Shown one piece after another: positions 25,227-25,240 of a stretch of 25,240 nucleotides of DNA. A program made the position numbers and the translations under genes. The DNA comes from a virus (Duplodnaviria; Caudoviricetes), in IMG/VR virus record IMGVR_UViG_3300032216_000801, positions 1 to 25,240 of that record; one strand, given 5' to 3'. A model generated the notes under the pieces. That model ran no database searches. It was given only the letters and a program-made list of their open reading frames with translations, and was not told the origin of the DNA. Each line of letters begins with the position of its first letter. Within the stretch, counting starts at the first letter, position 1.

Positions 25227-25240
25227 CTAATCCTCCATTA

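Overview
A 25-kb piece of an AT-rich, T5-like (Demerecviridae-like) tailed phage genome, with every credible gene on the minus strand. In transcription order (high to low coordinates) it holds: a DUF2693/WYL-like small protein; a small acidic ORF; a circularly permuted two-piece tmRNA gene of alphaproteobacterial type (tag ANENSAPMAYALAA) whose 225-nt intervening segment is almost entirely filled by a 70-aa ORF with its own Shine-Dalgarno; a Cys-rich small protein; and a tightly coupled 7-gene glycan cluster (hexapeptide acetyltransferase, GT-A, NDP-sugar epimerase, GT2, SAM methyltransferase, GT2, GT4). That cluster runs directly into a T5-syntenic replication module: PC4-like, D3, DUF3310, NAD ligase, D5, two unknowns, DnaB helicase, primase, family A polymerase, D10 helicase and D11 SSB. 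After D11 come an extra GT-A gene, a hairpin-rich intergenic region, D12/D13 (Mre11/Rad50-like) and a class II B12-dependent ribonucleotide reductase that runs off the left edge and is missing from the ORF track. The most notable features are the gene nested in the split tmRNA, the five-glycosyltransferase system embedded in the replication module, and an array of C-GNA-G DNA mini-hairpins. All protein assignments come from motif recognition and recalled T5 synteny; no database searches were run.
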